Origin: Octopus vulgaris
Taxonomy: Eukaryota
Assembly: GCA_951406725.2 (NCBI GenBank)
Contig: OX597820.1
Location: 57,040,001 to 57,104,000 of the forward strand
Length of the DNA stretch: 64,000 nucleotides
Direction of reading: 5' to 3'
Shown here: piece after piece, positions 23,783-38,688 of the stretch
Layout of the letters: each line of letters starts with the position of its first letter
How positions within the stretch are numbered: the first letter of the stretch is position 1
Program-made: the position numbers and the translations under genes
The notes under the pieces: generated by a model
Databases searched by the model: none
What the model was told of the DNA's origin: nothing
Seen by the model: only the letters and a program-made list of their open reading frames with translations

Positions 23783-24619
23783 GGTGTGGTGAATATATTG
23801 TTGTCTAAATTATGCAAAAATGAAAATTATGCTGACATCTCATTTTAACATATATTTACCAAAATTACATAAAAATGTCTTGAAATACTAAAGAATAAAT
23901 TTATTCAGTAAAATCGCCATTGGCTTCGACCACAGCCCCTAGATGGCTATGAATTCTCTTGCAACTCTTCTGGACGGTCTCCTTGTTTAAGTTGGTGAAT
24001 GCTGCCATAATCTTTGCTTTCAGTTCACCTTTGGTGTTACAAGGAGTTTTGTTGGTCTCTCGCTGGACTGGGGCTGCAGTCTGGGGAGTTAGGTGACCAG
24101 GTGTTAAGAGTGATGCGGTTTCAGAAATTGTATGACAGCCATGAATAGGTTCTTCTTGTATGGCATGGTGCCGAGTCCTGTTGCCAGATGTAGCATCTTT
24201 CAGTAGCCACTCTCTTGACTCAGGACAGCACTACCTCCTCTGGGCACTTGATCTAGGCCTCAGTGCTGAAGGTGAGGCTGTGTGGGTTGATGAATGGATG
24301 CATAACGTTGCCATCACTTGTGATCACTGCTAACATGTTTCATTTGGATGTTTGATTTTTATCACTCTCGGTACATGCACTGTTCTCAGATTGACACCCA
24401 AACTCTCTGAAATGTTTGTATTGAAGCTTCCGGAGTGAATGCCAAGCAGTACAGCATGTTGTTTCCAAATTTCTAACAGAATGAATTGCTTCATGGTGCT
24501 GTTTTTCTCACAGATGGTACCCAAATGATCCTACGATACTGTGTAGTCGACAAAATCAATAACAAACAATATGTACTTGAGAAATTAAAAAATGGGAACG
24601 ATTTACCCATCGCATCCTG
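23780..24619 (-). mobile_element. Degenerate Tc1/mariner-superfamily transposon
   Basis: Minus-strand YIWQQDSAPCHTRRT and ITLNTWSPNSPDCSP; imperfect TIRs within TA tracts. Confidence 0.85.
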
Positions 24620-24650
<31 letters not shown>

Positions 24651-25042
24651 CATCATCATCATCATCATCATCGTTTAGCGTCCACTTTCCATGCTAGCAT
24701 GGGTTGGACGGTTCAACTGGGGTCTGGGAAGCCAGAAGGCTGCACCAGGCCCAGTCTGACCTGGCAATGTTTCTACGCCAACCACTCCATGAGTGTAGTG
24801 GGTGCTTTTTACGTGCCACCGGCACAGGTGCCAGATGAGGCTGGCAAACGGCCACGATCGGATGGTGCTTTTTATGTGCCACCGGCACGGGGGCCAGGCG
24901 AGGCTGGCAATGGCCACGAACGGATGTCGCTTTTTACGTGCCACCAGCATGAGGCCAGTCGGGGCAGCGCTGGCAACGGCCACATTCGGATGGTTCTCTT
25001 ACGTACCACCGGCACTGGTATCACAGCTGCAATTTCCATTGA
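24651..25042 (-). mobile_element. RTE 3' UTR (family C)
   Basis: Homology to 12400-12870; four gtgccaccggcac-type units. Confidence 0.85.
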
Positions 25043-25428
25043 GGTTAGTAAAGTTAGAGGTTGGAATAACCATCTAAGAGATAAAAATATCCATTTTACT
25101 ATCGGCATATTAAGGAGAGCATATCCACTGGGAGCTTTTTGGTGTGTTCAAAAATCACATACACCATCATGACAAGGTTAAGGCCTGGAATCTTCCAAAC
25201 AGACACATGACATGTCACTTAGTCGAATTAGCCCTTCATTTACTCCACAAATGTTTTTTTGTCAATGCTGCACTTCTCTGTATCACATGTTTCAACTTAA
25301 CTGTACCATATATACAAAAACTATCCCATTTAAAACCTAAGCAACGACAGATATGTCTGCTAGTCACCTCTAAAACCAATGGCACAACAGAAATTAAGAT
25401 GGTCAGAAACCAGTTGCACTTCAGGCAC

Positions 25429-25513
<85 letters not shown>

Positions 25514-25799
25514 CACAGACAGACACAGAGAGACAGAGACAGACAGAGACAGACAGACAGACGGAGAGACTGACAGACAGACAGAGTGACAGACAGAGTG
25601 ACAGACAGACAGATACCATAAGCTTCTATCCAGTTTCTGAATTGTTGAATTTACTCATAAGCTATTGGTTAGCTTAAGCTATGATAGCAGCCTTGTGTAA
25701 AGGCAAGTGACATAAAGTAAGATGGAACTAAAGACAATCTGCTAGTAAAAGTCATGACTGCACCTATTTATGCCTCTGGCTATGGTCCATACTTATATA

Positions 25800-25843
25800 A
25801 CTTTGTGTGTGTGTTTGTGTGGGTGTGTGAGTATGTGTGTATA

Positions 25844-25930
<87 letters not shown>

Positions 25931-26218
25931 GTATGTATGTATATATATATGTATGTGTGTGTGTGTGTGTATGTGTATATGTATGTATGCTTGTATGTAT
26001 GTAAGTATATATGTAAATATGCATGTACTTATAGGTAGAAATGTATACATATATATGTGTGTGTATGTATATATATATATATATATACACAAGTAGATTT
26101 GTATACATACTTATATACAAAATTTGTCACATATATATGTAAATATGTGTGTGTATATATAGGTAGATATGTATACATATATATGTAAGTATATATATAT
26201 GTGTGTGTGTGTGTGTAA

Positions 26219-26272
<54 letters not shown>
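25800..26272. repeat. (TA)/(TG) microsatellite
   Basis: Direct reading. Confidence 0.95.
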
Positions 26273-26275
<3 letters not shown>

Positions 26276-26550
26276 TTCATCCATATTTACATTCTATTTA
26301 AAGTAATAAGTTCTATATAATCTAATAACCATCTGTAATTATCTGTCTCTCTTGATTGAGAAATGTTCCATTAATTAAATAATAGCTAACAAAGAAAATG
26401 AAGCAATTAAGAACATAATCATAACAACAAAAAAATAAGTTAAAAAACAGAAAAGAAAAGTAGAAGAGATATATAAACTCTTTACTAAATCACAAGAAAT
26501 GGTATAACTTTGCAACTCGAAGGTTTCAATCAGTTCTTGAAGGTTTCAAT

Positions 26551-26806
26551 CAGTAGTTTTCAACTAGGGTCCATAAGACCCTTGTGGGGGTTCATAGAAG
26601 TTGTTGTTAAAATTTATCTGCAATAAATTGTTTATACTTCTACAATACACAAAATATTTTAGCAATATTTTAATAGAATTCCGATTAATATTTAATTATA
26701 AAAATAAAACAAAATTTTTTGTATATATAATGAATGGCTATGGGGATCCAGCAGACTACAATTGGAATCAAAGGGTCCACAGACAAAAAATGGTTGGGAA
26801 TCACTG
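26551..26806. mobile_element. hAT (Charlie-like) MITE
   Basis: TIRs cagtagttttcaact / ggttgggaatcactg; degenerate 8-bp TSD gtttcaat/ctttcagt. Confidence 0.65.
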
Positions 26807-27282
26807 CTTTCAGTGATGGTTGAGAGACCCCCAGCCCTAGTCCATTGTCTACTCACATTCTTGTTTCTTGAAATGCTCTGGTGTCTAGTCACCACTATCT
26901 CTATCTTTTTCCCAGCTACTCTCACACAACCCAATATAATATGGGGTATCTCTGTAAGACATCTGTGCTAGTCCCTCTGTCATACTTTAGCCTCTCAGCA
27001 GTTGATATGAAAATATTGCCTCTCATCTCCCTCTCAAATGTTCTCCTAAACTTAGTTGAGGGGGGCTTTTATTATTTTCCTTTTTCCCTCTTCTTTTCTT
27101 GTCATGCAAGTTACTTGGCAATGGCAACCTTACTAGTGCCAGTAGATGAAAAGGCACCCAGTACACTCTCTATAAAGTGGCTGGCATTAAGGAGGGCATT
27201 TAGCTGTAGAAACTATGCCAAAGCTGACAGTGGAGCATGACATAATCCTGGGACTTTCTGGACTCAGTCAAACTGTCTAACT

Positions 27283-27495
27283 GCTGTTGCTGCTGAGCTG
27301 TTGCTGTTGAGCGAACAGTCTTCGTCCCAGAGCTCGCAAGATGGGAGAAGTCTGAAACGTGGTCCTTTGCTATACGTAAGACCCGCAGAAGAGAAAGCAG
27401 GTCAACTCCCAACACAGAGAGCATCGACAGATGGAAGAATGTGCATCCAGGCTCAGAGGTTGCATAGGAAGTCGGGGGCTGTTGCTGCTGTCTAG
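27283..27495. repeat. GC-rich probable interspersed repeat, unclassified
   Basis: CpG-retaining block bounded by gctgttgctgctg on both sides; single copy in this window. Confidence 0.35.
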
Positions 27496-28852
27496 AATGG
27501 TGAGCTGTTCTTTGTCTTCAGGTGCATACTTACAGTCAGATTGGCAGGGATCATTTGAGCCATCATGTGTTCTTTATCATTGAAGCAAGATAGTACCAAG
27601 TACAAGATATGAAACATTGACATCTCTCTCTCTCTCTCTCTGGTTGTCTGCTATCTGATCTGCTTGACTAATCAACTCTTAAAATTCCTTCTTTAAGTTG
27701 CCACAACCAAGATATGCTTTACCATACTCTGCCAATGATCACTGTTAGCTTTGGTAGTTCCTCGATTTCTGGAGTGTCTCTACCATTAACATCTATGTAG
27801 ACTAGATTTTGTCCTAGTGTTTTTTGTCCTAGTGGTTCTTGCCCTCTCTTAAGGTGTGGAAGTCTCCAAGATATTACATCTATTATGCCTTAGTGGTCAG
27901 CATGACTGCAGTGGTCAGCAAAGCCTACCATACATTGAGCAACAATAGTAAAGATAAGTGGACTCTTTCTGCAAATCTCTGTAGTCTTATGCTCATACTA
28001 GGAGATGTTTTGGACTCTTATGTGATGTCTGATGTGCATACCATAAAGGCAATCTTGGTGGGGCGTATACCAGAATACTTCTTCAAATTAGTAAAGAATA
28101 AAATCTATAAATAAGGACAATATTCTTTGTTTGTCACTCAATTAGGAAATTAAAAGAAAACCAATGCATTTAGTGTATTTTCTTCTGCTAAGAATGGGTT
28201 TGGTGAGGTTTTCAAATATGTTCTTTTATTAACCCATGGTCCTTTTTTTAGGGCCAGAAGGATAATCCATCATATTTCTGCAATGCCTGTTTTTTTTTTT
28301 CTGAGATATCTTTAGTTAGTAATCAAGACTGGAGTGTCTTTCAAATATTGTAATAAAGATTTTCCTATATATTTAGCATCAAGTTCATCATCATCATCAT
28401 CATCATCGTTTAGCATCCGTTTTCCATGCTAGCATGGGGTTGGACGGTTCAACTGGGGTCTGTGAAGCCGGAAGGCTTCATCAGGCCCAGTCAGATCTGG
28501 TAGTGTTTCTACGGCTGGATGCCCTTCCTAACACCAGGATGCCCTTCCTAACGCCACATACAAGTTGTATATAAAAAAAGATCTTTGGTAATAAATTAAA
28601 AAAAAAAAAAAAAGGGCACTAATGGGTTAATATCATTCATTGGACAATAGCTATCCTGGGGTTCCATATTTTAAGGTTATGTCAGTTATGTTGCACAGAC
28701 AATTATTTACTGATGCTTGTTTTATTGATCTCAGGGGAATGAAAGGCAAAGGTGACCCAGACAAGGGTTGAACTCAGAACATAAAGGTGTAGCCAAATAT
28801 GACAATGCATTTTCTTTGACACTCTACTGATTCTCTCATCCATTGAATATCT

Positions 28853-29277
28853 TTTATCTTTCATCTTTAACATGTTTCAATCATTAGACTGTGGCCATGC
28901 TGTGACATTGCCCTGAAGAACTTTTAGTTGAATGAAATCGACCCCAGTACATATTTTGTAAAAGCCTGGTACTTATTCTATCGCTCTCTTTTTCTGAACT
29001 GCTAAGTTACAGGGGTGTAGACACATCAACACGGATTGTCAAGCTGTGGTGGTGGACAAACACAGATACAAAGACACAGATACACGCATACGCACACACA
29101 CATTGATATATACAATGGGCTTGTTTCAGTTTCCATCTACCAAATCCACTCACAAGGCTTTGGTTGGCCTGGAGCGCTAAAAGACGACACTTGCTCAAAA
29201 TGCTATGCAGTGGGACTGAGCCTGGAACCATATGGTGGGGAAGCAAACTTCTTACCACACAGCCATGCCAGCACCTG
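28853..29277 (-). mobile_element. SINE family B
   Basis: Reverse-complement homology to 48906-49312. Confidence 0.8.
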
Positions 29278-29882
29278 TATATATTCATATATGTTTATAT
29301 ATTAGTTATATAATTTGTAAAGTTGATGTTTTATAACTACTTCAGTTGCTATTTTTTCTCAAATCTTTTCTTTTGTTTGTGTGCTTCAGGAGCTCACTTC
29401 ATTGATTTGGGGTCAATACAGTGGGTATTGGTGGAGGATAGATTAGGTGTTGGACTGGATAAAATATTGGACAATGCAATTAATTCACATAACAGATCAC
29501 CTGCATAGATTACCTATTATAAACTGGCGTCCTGTCTATAAGAAGCTTGGTCTCTTGTCTCCTTAATGTCAGGAAACTATAACTAATCATTAACCTTAAA
29601 CACTCATTAAAGTTTAAGAGAGTTTTCAGATTTGATGCATTATCATATCATCATCATCATCATCATTATTATTATGAAGGCAGTGAGCTGGTAGAATTGT
29701 TATCATGTAGGACAAAATGGTTTGTAGCATTCTAGTAGTTGGTATTCTCAAGGGTGCTGGCCAAGGAAACTGCCTGGATTTCTAAATCTCCTGTAATCTG
29801 ATCTATAGTGTTGATGTTCTAAACTACCATGTAGTGTTCTAAAAATTAGTCTGTTAGTTAACTAATTTTGTTAACCCATTTA

Positions 29883-30217
29883 TATTGTGTTGTCCGGAAA
29901 GTTCGTGCCGATTTATAGTAGCTTACCTTTCGACTTATTTTAGAACATGGTTGAGTTCATAAAATAGGATTTGACTACACCTCCATTTAGAGCACAGTTT
30001 AAGCTATCTTTTTGTGGAAGAAGATTTATGTTCCTATAACCTGTGTTAATTCTGTAACCCTTTAAAATGGAAGATAAGAAAGTTCATTCTTGGCACTTGA
30101 TGCTTTGGGAACCAGACAAAATTGCTGCAGCTCGGCTGGGATGTGTTACCCCACCATCCATATTCACCAGATATTGCTCCTTTGGATTTCCACTTGTTCA
30201 GGTCTCTGCATAATAGG
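29883..30217 (+). mobile_element. Internally deleted mariner
   Basis: MEDKKVHSWHLMLWE joined to RQKLLQLGWDVLPHHPYSPDIAPLDFHLFRSLHN (mariner HPPYSPDLAPSDY motif). Confidence 0.85.
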
Positions 30218-32082
30218 ATATATATATATATATATGGTGAAAAAAATCAAAATAAGCAACAAGATATCCAGAGGTGATGCAGTATGACTGTTTCAAGTCG
30301 CTCCATTTAATTGAACAATGCAATCATTACATCAATTTAAATTTGATTTTTTTTTACCTTATTTTGAGTTGTACGGATAATACCACACTAATTTTGGGTG
30401 CTTCAACTTGAGTATCTAATTCAACTGAATCTCAATTATTTTGCTTGTATGTATGTATTTATGTGGGTGTATCTTTGTGTCTGTGTTTGTACCACCGCAG
30501 TCACTTGACAACCGATGTTGGTGAGTTTTCATTTCTGTAGCTTAACAGTTCAGCAAAAGAGATCAATAGAATAAGTACTAGGCTTACAAAGAATAAATCC
30601 TGGGATCAATGTCTTCGACTAAAAGAACCTTTAAGTCAGTGCTCCAGCATGGCCTCAGTCAAACGACTGAAACAAGTAAAAGAATAAAAGCATATATATC
30701 TTGAACATATAGAGTAACTTGTTAATATAAATTGATTGCAATATTATCTTAAAAAGTCAAAAAAGTTTTCCTACTGTGCCTAATGCCAATTCAAATATTG
30801 ATAACTTTTGCATTAACAGTTTTTATTTCAAAGAACATATTCTAAGTCTGCTCACAATATCTTGTGGCTAAAAGAATGAAGAAAAGAAAAGAAATATAAT
30901 ATAATAAAATAAATAACAAATTATAGTATTTTAAAGAATATCAGGACCACCTCATCTTCGACTGTTACTAATTTGTTCAACCACAGTTAATTTGTCACTG
31001 GTTGTGGACGACTGCTTATTTAATTATCTAAAGTTATTTCTAATATTCCTCACTACTTACAACAACAAATTCTGCAAGAGTTCCACATCCAATTCTGTTA
31101 TGTATTCTACCACAAGTAAAGCCAATATCCTCCTTCGAAAATACTGCCCACCTTGAAAAGACAATGACATTCTTGGTGAGGTTTGTGTCTTATTGCATAA
31201 AGAATTTAATTAAAACCAAATTCTCTTTCATGATAAATGATCTTGGGAGAAACTGATACACCATTATTGCGGTGAGTGGGTGGAAAATAGAGGGTATGTA
31301 ACAGCAGGAGATTTTTTTTTATGGTATAGATTGTTAAAAAAAAAATGTTTATGTGTTGTGAAAATTCTTTGTAAGACATTTGGCTGGATATTTTCATGTC
31401 AATGCAACATTTGAAGTTAGACTGCTGCTGTCACGACTTTATTACACATTCTCTTTGATTTCAGTGATTACTTCAAGATAATCAAAATATTATTTTCTTC
31501 TTTTATGGTAATGCAATAAGGCATCGGGACATAATGGATTCTTTAGAATAGGCATAAGACCAATTTCGCCGAGAAAGAAAAGCGTGTAGTTGAATAATCA
31601 ACACTTGAATTACTGTATTAAATTTAAATCTGCATTGAGCCTACAGGATAATTCAGTCTCAATTGATAAAAATAAACACTGCTAATAAAGGCATGTAGTA
31701 CAGTGATTAGGCTGTTGGATTCACTATTTTAATGTCAGAGGTTCAATTCCTAGACTGGGTAGTGTTTAAGTAAGGCAGTTTATTTCATATTTCTCCTTTA
31801 CACTCTGGTGCAAGCATGAGTGTGTGATTAAAAAGTTCACTTTCTAATCATGTGTTTTTGGGTTCATTTCTACTTTGCGGCACCTTGGGCAAGTGTCTTT
31901 TTCTATAATCCTAGATTGGAAAAAAACTTTGTGAATTGAGTTGAGAGGTGGAAACTGAAAGATGCCTATTGAATATATATATGTATGTATGCACACATAC
32001 ATATGAATACATGTGCATATATATATATATATAAAGATATATGTGTGTGTGTATATGTATATGAATATCTCTCTTCCTATCC

Positions 32083-32451
<369 letters not shown>

Positions 32452-32665
32452 CCTATCTATCTATATATATATATATATATATACACAGGCACACATGTAT
32501 ATACATGCACACATGCACACATACATATGCACACACACACACACGTGCACACACAAACACGTGCACACACATGCAAACACACACACCAAATGAACAAAGA
32601 CAATATTAAAACTACATAAAAAAAATTCCAACAAACTAAAAAACAAAACAAAACAAAGCAAAACT

Positions 32666-32718
<53 letters not shown>

Positions 32719-33337
32719 AAATGATAAAAGGGAATTCTAAATTGTTCCATATATCATGTTGTCTATGCCTTTCCATTTGATATGGAGTCTTTATCTCTCG
32801 TCATCATCATTTCACAAGAACTGTAGCCCTCCTCCTCTTCCTATTACCATTACAGTTTTTATAGTCACAAGTACATAACCCATTGTCTTATATTTAGAAT
32901 ATGTAATATTTTGCTTCCTTGACATATAGGCATATATGCATGAAAGAATTAGATAAAAGAAGGTGAAACAATTTTGAAGAAGAAGAAACATTTAATAGAT
33001 CAAAATACATATTAGTTTTTGAACTCATTTGCTTCCATAAAACACATTGCCATTTTCTGCTGTATTGTCTCTCTTAAAGAGTGAATTTAGTTCATGAAGC
33101 AATTGAAAGATATAAAAATGACTGCAAGGAAATAATAATTCACCATCTTTTTTTCTGAAATGATTGATTGGAGGAAACTGAGGTGGACAGAGCTTGTAGG
33201 TTATGTAGGTTATTTGTGTACTGGATGTGAGCTTGAGGTAGAAACGTGGATGGATGGATAGATAGATAGAAGATTTTTTTTTTTTTTCTAGTTTCAGCTC
33301 AGAGCTGCGGCCATATACATATGTGTATATATATATG

Positions 33338-33386
<49 letters not shown>

Positions 33387-34639
33387 AGATAGATAGATAG
33401 ATAGATAGATAGATGGGTGGATGATAGATAGATAGTCAGACAGACAGAAAGATAGATAGATAGATAAATAGATGTATGGATGGATAGATAGATGGATAGA
33501 TTTATGGATCAATAGATAAATAGACAAAGAGATAGATAGACAGACAGACAGATAGATAGATAGTGAACGATAGACAGACAAACAGATAGATAGATAGATT
33601 GAGTGATAGATAGATAGATAGATAGATAGCCGGCTTGATTGATTGATAGGGAGAGCTCAAGGGGAAAACAGTGATAAATAGATATTTTTAAGAAAGCAGC
33701 TTATTACTACAGTGAAAGAAAAAATAGGAATTTCCTTCCTTTCTGTCTGCCCTGTCTCTTTCTATTTTTGTCTTTCTCTATGTGATGCATATATATACAT
33801 ATGTACACAGATACATTCTTAAAAATGTGATGACAGTATCATTTCTCTGTCTGTTTCACAGTATGTATGAATGTATGTCTGCAGATGGACACATATATAT
33901 TATATTTCTCAAAATGATCATTAGAAGAATTTAGTTAAATTGTAAAGCAAATGCTTTTGAAAATAATAATAAATTCCTTATTATTAACAATTGTATCTTA
34001 TTAACTAAATATCTTTAACAAATTCTGTTGAGAAATGTATGCTTATGTACATACATACACACAGACGGACAGACAAACATTGTAAATTTCTTTTTTTCCC
34101 CTTCCTCATTTTAAAAAAAATTTCTTTTCCTCTTCCAAATCTTGATAATTTGCTTTGCGATAAAAATCGGTTTGATTTATTATTTTCCCTTTTTTTGATT
34201 TTCCATACACCCATTCTTATTAAAATTTACTTTCAATTTAGCATTCTGCCTTTTTATAATTTTTCCTCGCTTATCATTTCTCCATGTGCGGTCAACACAA
34301 CCCCACCATTTATTGATTTATATACACACACATATATATATATATATACACACATACACATGCAGTGAGGGAGGGAGGGAGAGAGAGAGACAGAGAGATG
34401 GACAGAATAGAGATTCATACTTTTATTCTAATAACTCCAATGAGAGTGTCGGTAAACATTCATAAATACCAGCAGGTGTGGCTGTCTGGTAAAAAGCTTG
34501 TTTCCCAACCACATAGTCCCAGGTTCAGTCCCACAGTGTGCTACTTTAGACAAATGTCTTCTACTATAGCCTCGAGCTGACCAAAGCCTCGTGAGTAGAT
34601 TTGGTAGATGAAAACTGAAAGAAGCCCATCATATATAAC

Positions 34640-34835
34640 TACATGTTGATTGTTGGCGATTTTTTTCCTCTGTCTTCTTTATCTCTTTGACTTTCCTCCG
34701 TCTGCTGTTTCTGAAGGAGGGCTTTGCTCGAAATGTAAAACACCCTTTCTTTCCTTCCCTAAGCATCTTTTAATACTTTGCATGTACCACATCCTTGCAC
34801 TGTTGTTTTTTTCTTGTGTTTTTTTTTGGATTAAC
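34640..34835 (+). mobile_element. Family E PLE-like fragment, diverged
   Basis: Homology to 1223-1416; gttt-CTGAAGG-a-gggc ttt gctc-GAAATGTA-aaac. Confidence 0.6.
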
Positions 34836-34959
34836 TATATATATACATATATATATATGGGATCAGACAAACAGCGTGGATTTTTAGGATTACATCATTT
34901 AATGAATCCCTTATCATTTTTCTTTTTCAAGACATCACAACAGTATTCAGATAGATTCT

Positions 34960-35305
34960 TGGATCGTAGGGCGACCTGCTGTGCTTGAGGAGACCTATTG
35001 AGTCAAGTACATCAACATCAAAATAAAAATCAAATGGAAATTGTAGTTGTGATACCTGTGCCGGTGGCACGTAAAAAGCAACAACCAGTCATGGCTGTTG
35101 CCAACCTCCTCTGGCCCCTGTGCTGGTGGCACGTAAAAAGCACTGACTACACACACGGAGTGCTTAGCGTTAGGAAGAGCATGCAGCTATAGTAACACTG
35201 CCTGATCAGCCTGGAGCCTTGTACAGACTCCTGGATTCCCAGACCCTGGTCGAACTGTCCAACACATGCTAGCATGGAAAATAGATGTTAAACGATGATG
35301 ATGAT
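34960..35305 (+). mobile_element. RTE 3' UTR (family C)
   Basis: gtgccggtggcacgtaaaaagca units; (GAT)n tail. Confidence 0.8.
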
Positions 35306-35419
35306 TTCGTTGCCCTGCTATTTCTAGCAGTACCACAAGCAACCACAGAGGAAGAAGTTCCCTGTTTTGTCTCATTGATGAAGGGGTTCATGTTGCAGGC
35401 AAACTATGATTGCAGAAAT

Positions 35420-35722
35420 GGTGGTTTCCCTGGTGGTGATTATTGCGGTGGTAGTGGTGGTGGTGGTGGTGATGATGGTAGTGATGCTAATGATAAGGAT
35501 GATGATGATGGTGGTGATGATGTCAGCTATGCTAATAATAATGATGAATGATAATGGTGGTAGTGATGATGGTGGTGACGCTAATGATAATGATGATGAT
35601 GCTGGCGATGATGATAGCTATGCTAATAATAATGATGATGTTGGTGGTGGTGGTGATGTTGTTGGCAGTGACTGTGGTAGTGGTGGTGACGATGGTAGTT
35701 GTGATGGTGATGACGATAACGA
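35420..35722. repeat. (GAT)/(GGT) trinucleotide tract
   Basis: Direct reading. Confidence 0.9.
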
Positions 35723-36624
35723 TGTCCTCTTCAGTAATTTACCATGGGTTGTACAGCATTGATTTGACTTGTAGCCTCTTCGCTACTACATCACTGTCTT
35801 ATAACTGACAATGCATATGTCATTCTCATTTTGCTTTTTTTATATCTCTGTTTGGAATGTTTTTGTGTGTGTGTGTGTGTGTTGTCTGTATATAATGTGT
35901 GTGTGTGTATATGTGTGTCAATGTGTGTATGTGAGTGTGGGAGGAAATGCGTGCATGTGTTTATACGTGTGTGTGTGTGTGTATATGTGTGTGCATGTGT
36001 GTGCGTGTTTATATGTATGTGTATGCATGTTTGTGTGTGTCTGTGTAGAAGCTCCCTCATTTGTGCCCTGTGAGGAAATTGTTGTTGTGGTTGTTGTTGT
36101 TGAATGCAGCAGCTTTGCAGAATCGATAGAGGATCTGACAAAATATCTTATGTGGTATGGTAAGCTGGTAGATTCAGTAGAGTGCCATACTATACCATTA
36201 CATGACAAAATACTTGTGGTGGTGGTGGTGGTGGTGGTAGGGGTGAATGGTAGAAATGAAATGATGGAACAATGAACCAAATAACACATCTCAAAATGTG
36301 GTGGTGGTTATGATGGTGGTGGTAGTGGTGGTTATGGAATACCAGAGTTGATAGAGCAATACATAAATTACCTCATGGCATGGTGATCATCATCAGCATC
36401 ATCATCATCATCATTTAGTGTCCCTTTTCCATGTTGGCATGGGTTGGATGGTTTGGCAGAAGCCTCTGGGCCAGAGGGCTGCAGCAAGCTCTACTGTCTA
36501 CTTTGGTGTTGTCACCACAGATGGAAGTGCTTCCAAATGCCAACCACTTTACTGAGTGTATTGAGTACTTTGTTATGTGATACCAGCACCAGCATGATAA
36601 GAACCCCATTGACTAAGAATGACC

Positions 36625-37215
36625 AGTATTGGTTTCGAATTTTGGCACAAGGCTGGGGAATTTTGGTAGGGAGGGGTCAAGTTGATTACATTGACCCCAC
36701 TGCTCAACAGGTACTTAATTTATCAACTCCAAAAGGAAAGAAAGGCAAAGTCAGCCTCAATGGAATTTGATCCCTGAGCATAAAAATAAATTAAATGCCC
36801 CCAACCAATTTTTTGATTGGCACGCAAAAGATTCTGTCAGTTCACCACCTCAATAACAATAATAATAATAATAATAGTAATAATAATAATAATCCTTTCT
36901 ACAAAAGGCACAAGGCCTGAAATCCCCAAAAGGATGAAAGGCAAAGTTGACCTCAGCAGAATTTGAACAACTATAATAATAATAATAGTAATAATAATAA
37001 TAATAATAATAGTTCCTATAGGCACAAGACCTGAAATTTGGGGGAGGGTGCTAGTTGAGTACATCGACCCCAATACTCAACTGGTATTTATTTTATTGAT
37101 CCCGAAAATTTGAAAGGCAAAGTCAACCTCTGCAGAATTTGAACTTGGAACATAAGGATGGACAAAATTCCTCTTAGTAGTTTTTCTGGTGTGCAAACAA
37201 TTCGGCCAGCTCACC
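36625..37215 (-). mobile_element. Cluster of SINE family A copies with (AAT)n tails
   Basis: Repeated gaaaggcaaagtc/tgacctc.gcagaatttgaac. Confidence 0.75.
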
Positions 37216-37644
37216 ATCATTTTGGATGACGAGTAGTGGAGGAGGTCACCTTTATGCTCAGTGATGAGAGGTTGAGATAGGATTAGAAGGACAGGTGTCT
37301 TACTGTGGAAGAGATGCATGGATAACCCTGTTTTGAAAAAATAAGAATGGAGTAGAGAAGATGATGGTGAAGATGTATCAAGGTATACCCTCCAGGTGAT
37401 AGAATGGCAAAATTGATAGAGCAACAACTATTATAACTTGTGTTGTTTAGCAGCATAACTTTAGACTCTGGTTTCAAGTCACACAAGTTGCATCAAATTT
37501 TCCTTTTATCCTCCTGGTGGGGTTGATACAGCATTGATTATTGATTATGCAAAATAAGCATGTGCTTAGGGTATCAAGGAAAGGTGAGGGCACCACAGAA
37601 ATGGTAAATGGTTTATGGCACTTTAAACTCACAAAAAATAATAT

Positions 37645-37930
37645 TCGGTATGCCTTATCTCTTCTAAGTATAGAAGCAAATGTGTTACATGAGATTAATT
37701 TTGAGGATCTGATGAAAGACTTTGCCAATGAAAAAAGTAGGAGAAAACTTTTCAAATATAAATAAAATGGAAATATGCAAAAATAAACATTATTTTCCAT
37801 TTTATTATTAGCTTTGTTTCATTTTGAAGATTAAATATTTATTTCATGGCTTCTTATTGTTTATATTTTGAATTATATATATCGGGGCACCAAAACCTTT
37901 TAAGTGCTTGGAGTCTCTATGAATTTTAAT
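37645..37930 (+). mobile_element. hAT transposase C-terminal (dimerisation domain) remnant
   Basis: ALSLLSIEANVLHEINFEDLMKDFANEKSRRKLF matches the hAT/ZMYM1-like C-terminus pattern. Confidence 0.7.
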
Positions 37931-38169
37931 CTGGTTCTAGGTTGATAAAATAAAGCAACAGTCAAATACAAGGGTTGGTATAAACAACTATACACTTCAT
38001 GATACACTAAAATTTAAGGCCTTCTGCCTATTTTCGAAATCAATATTGCTCTAATTGATGTTTCTTGGGAAAGAAACATCAACTATTCTTCCTAGTTTCT
38101 CATCCAATGATATTGTAGTTCTTATTGTTGCCATCGTAAATGTTTTGTTTTTGAAAGCCGCCTTTTATT

Positions 38170-38651
38170 AACTGTTCCTCTTTATTCTTGTTGTTTGTGT
38201 TCTTTTTTTTATTTCTTCTATTTCATTGCATTTCACATCATCTCGTTTCATTTCCTCTTCTTTATTCCACTCCAGCACCTTTTATCTGCCTCCGTTCCTC
38301 ATCTCCATCTCCTCTCTTTCCATTTCTACATCCTTCCGTATCCCATTTTAATGTTGTCATTCCTTAGTCTTCATATTTTTCTTCCTTTATTTCATTATTT
38401 CTTCCTTTTGAAAATATATATTTTTTTTTCCCCTTTCTTTCATTCTATCATTCTATCATTCTATCATTTGCTCTCTCCTTCTGTCTTACTTTCACTTATT
38501 CTCTCTTTCTTTCAACCATTGTTCTTTCCCTCTAATCTCTCTCTCTCTCTCTCAAATCAGTTACTCTCTCTTCCTGCCCCCTCCCCCCAACTCTCTTTCT
38601 CTCTTTATATATATTCATATATCTTCTCTTCACCTTTATTGATATAAAACC

Positions 38652-38688
<37 letters not shown>

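Noticed and set aside
28330-28385. Minus-strand AKYIGKS resembling a GIY-YIG motif
   Set aside because: Too short, and the surrounding residues do not follow the PLE endonuclease pattern.
36150-36203. Possible pre-miRNA hairpin (gtggtatggta/tactataccat)
   Set aside because: Only about 11 bp with G-U pairs, and no recognised miRNA sequence. I recognised no conserved bilaterian miRNA anywhere in the window by eye.
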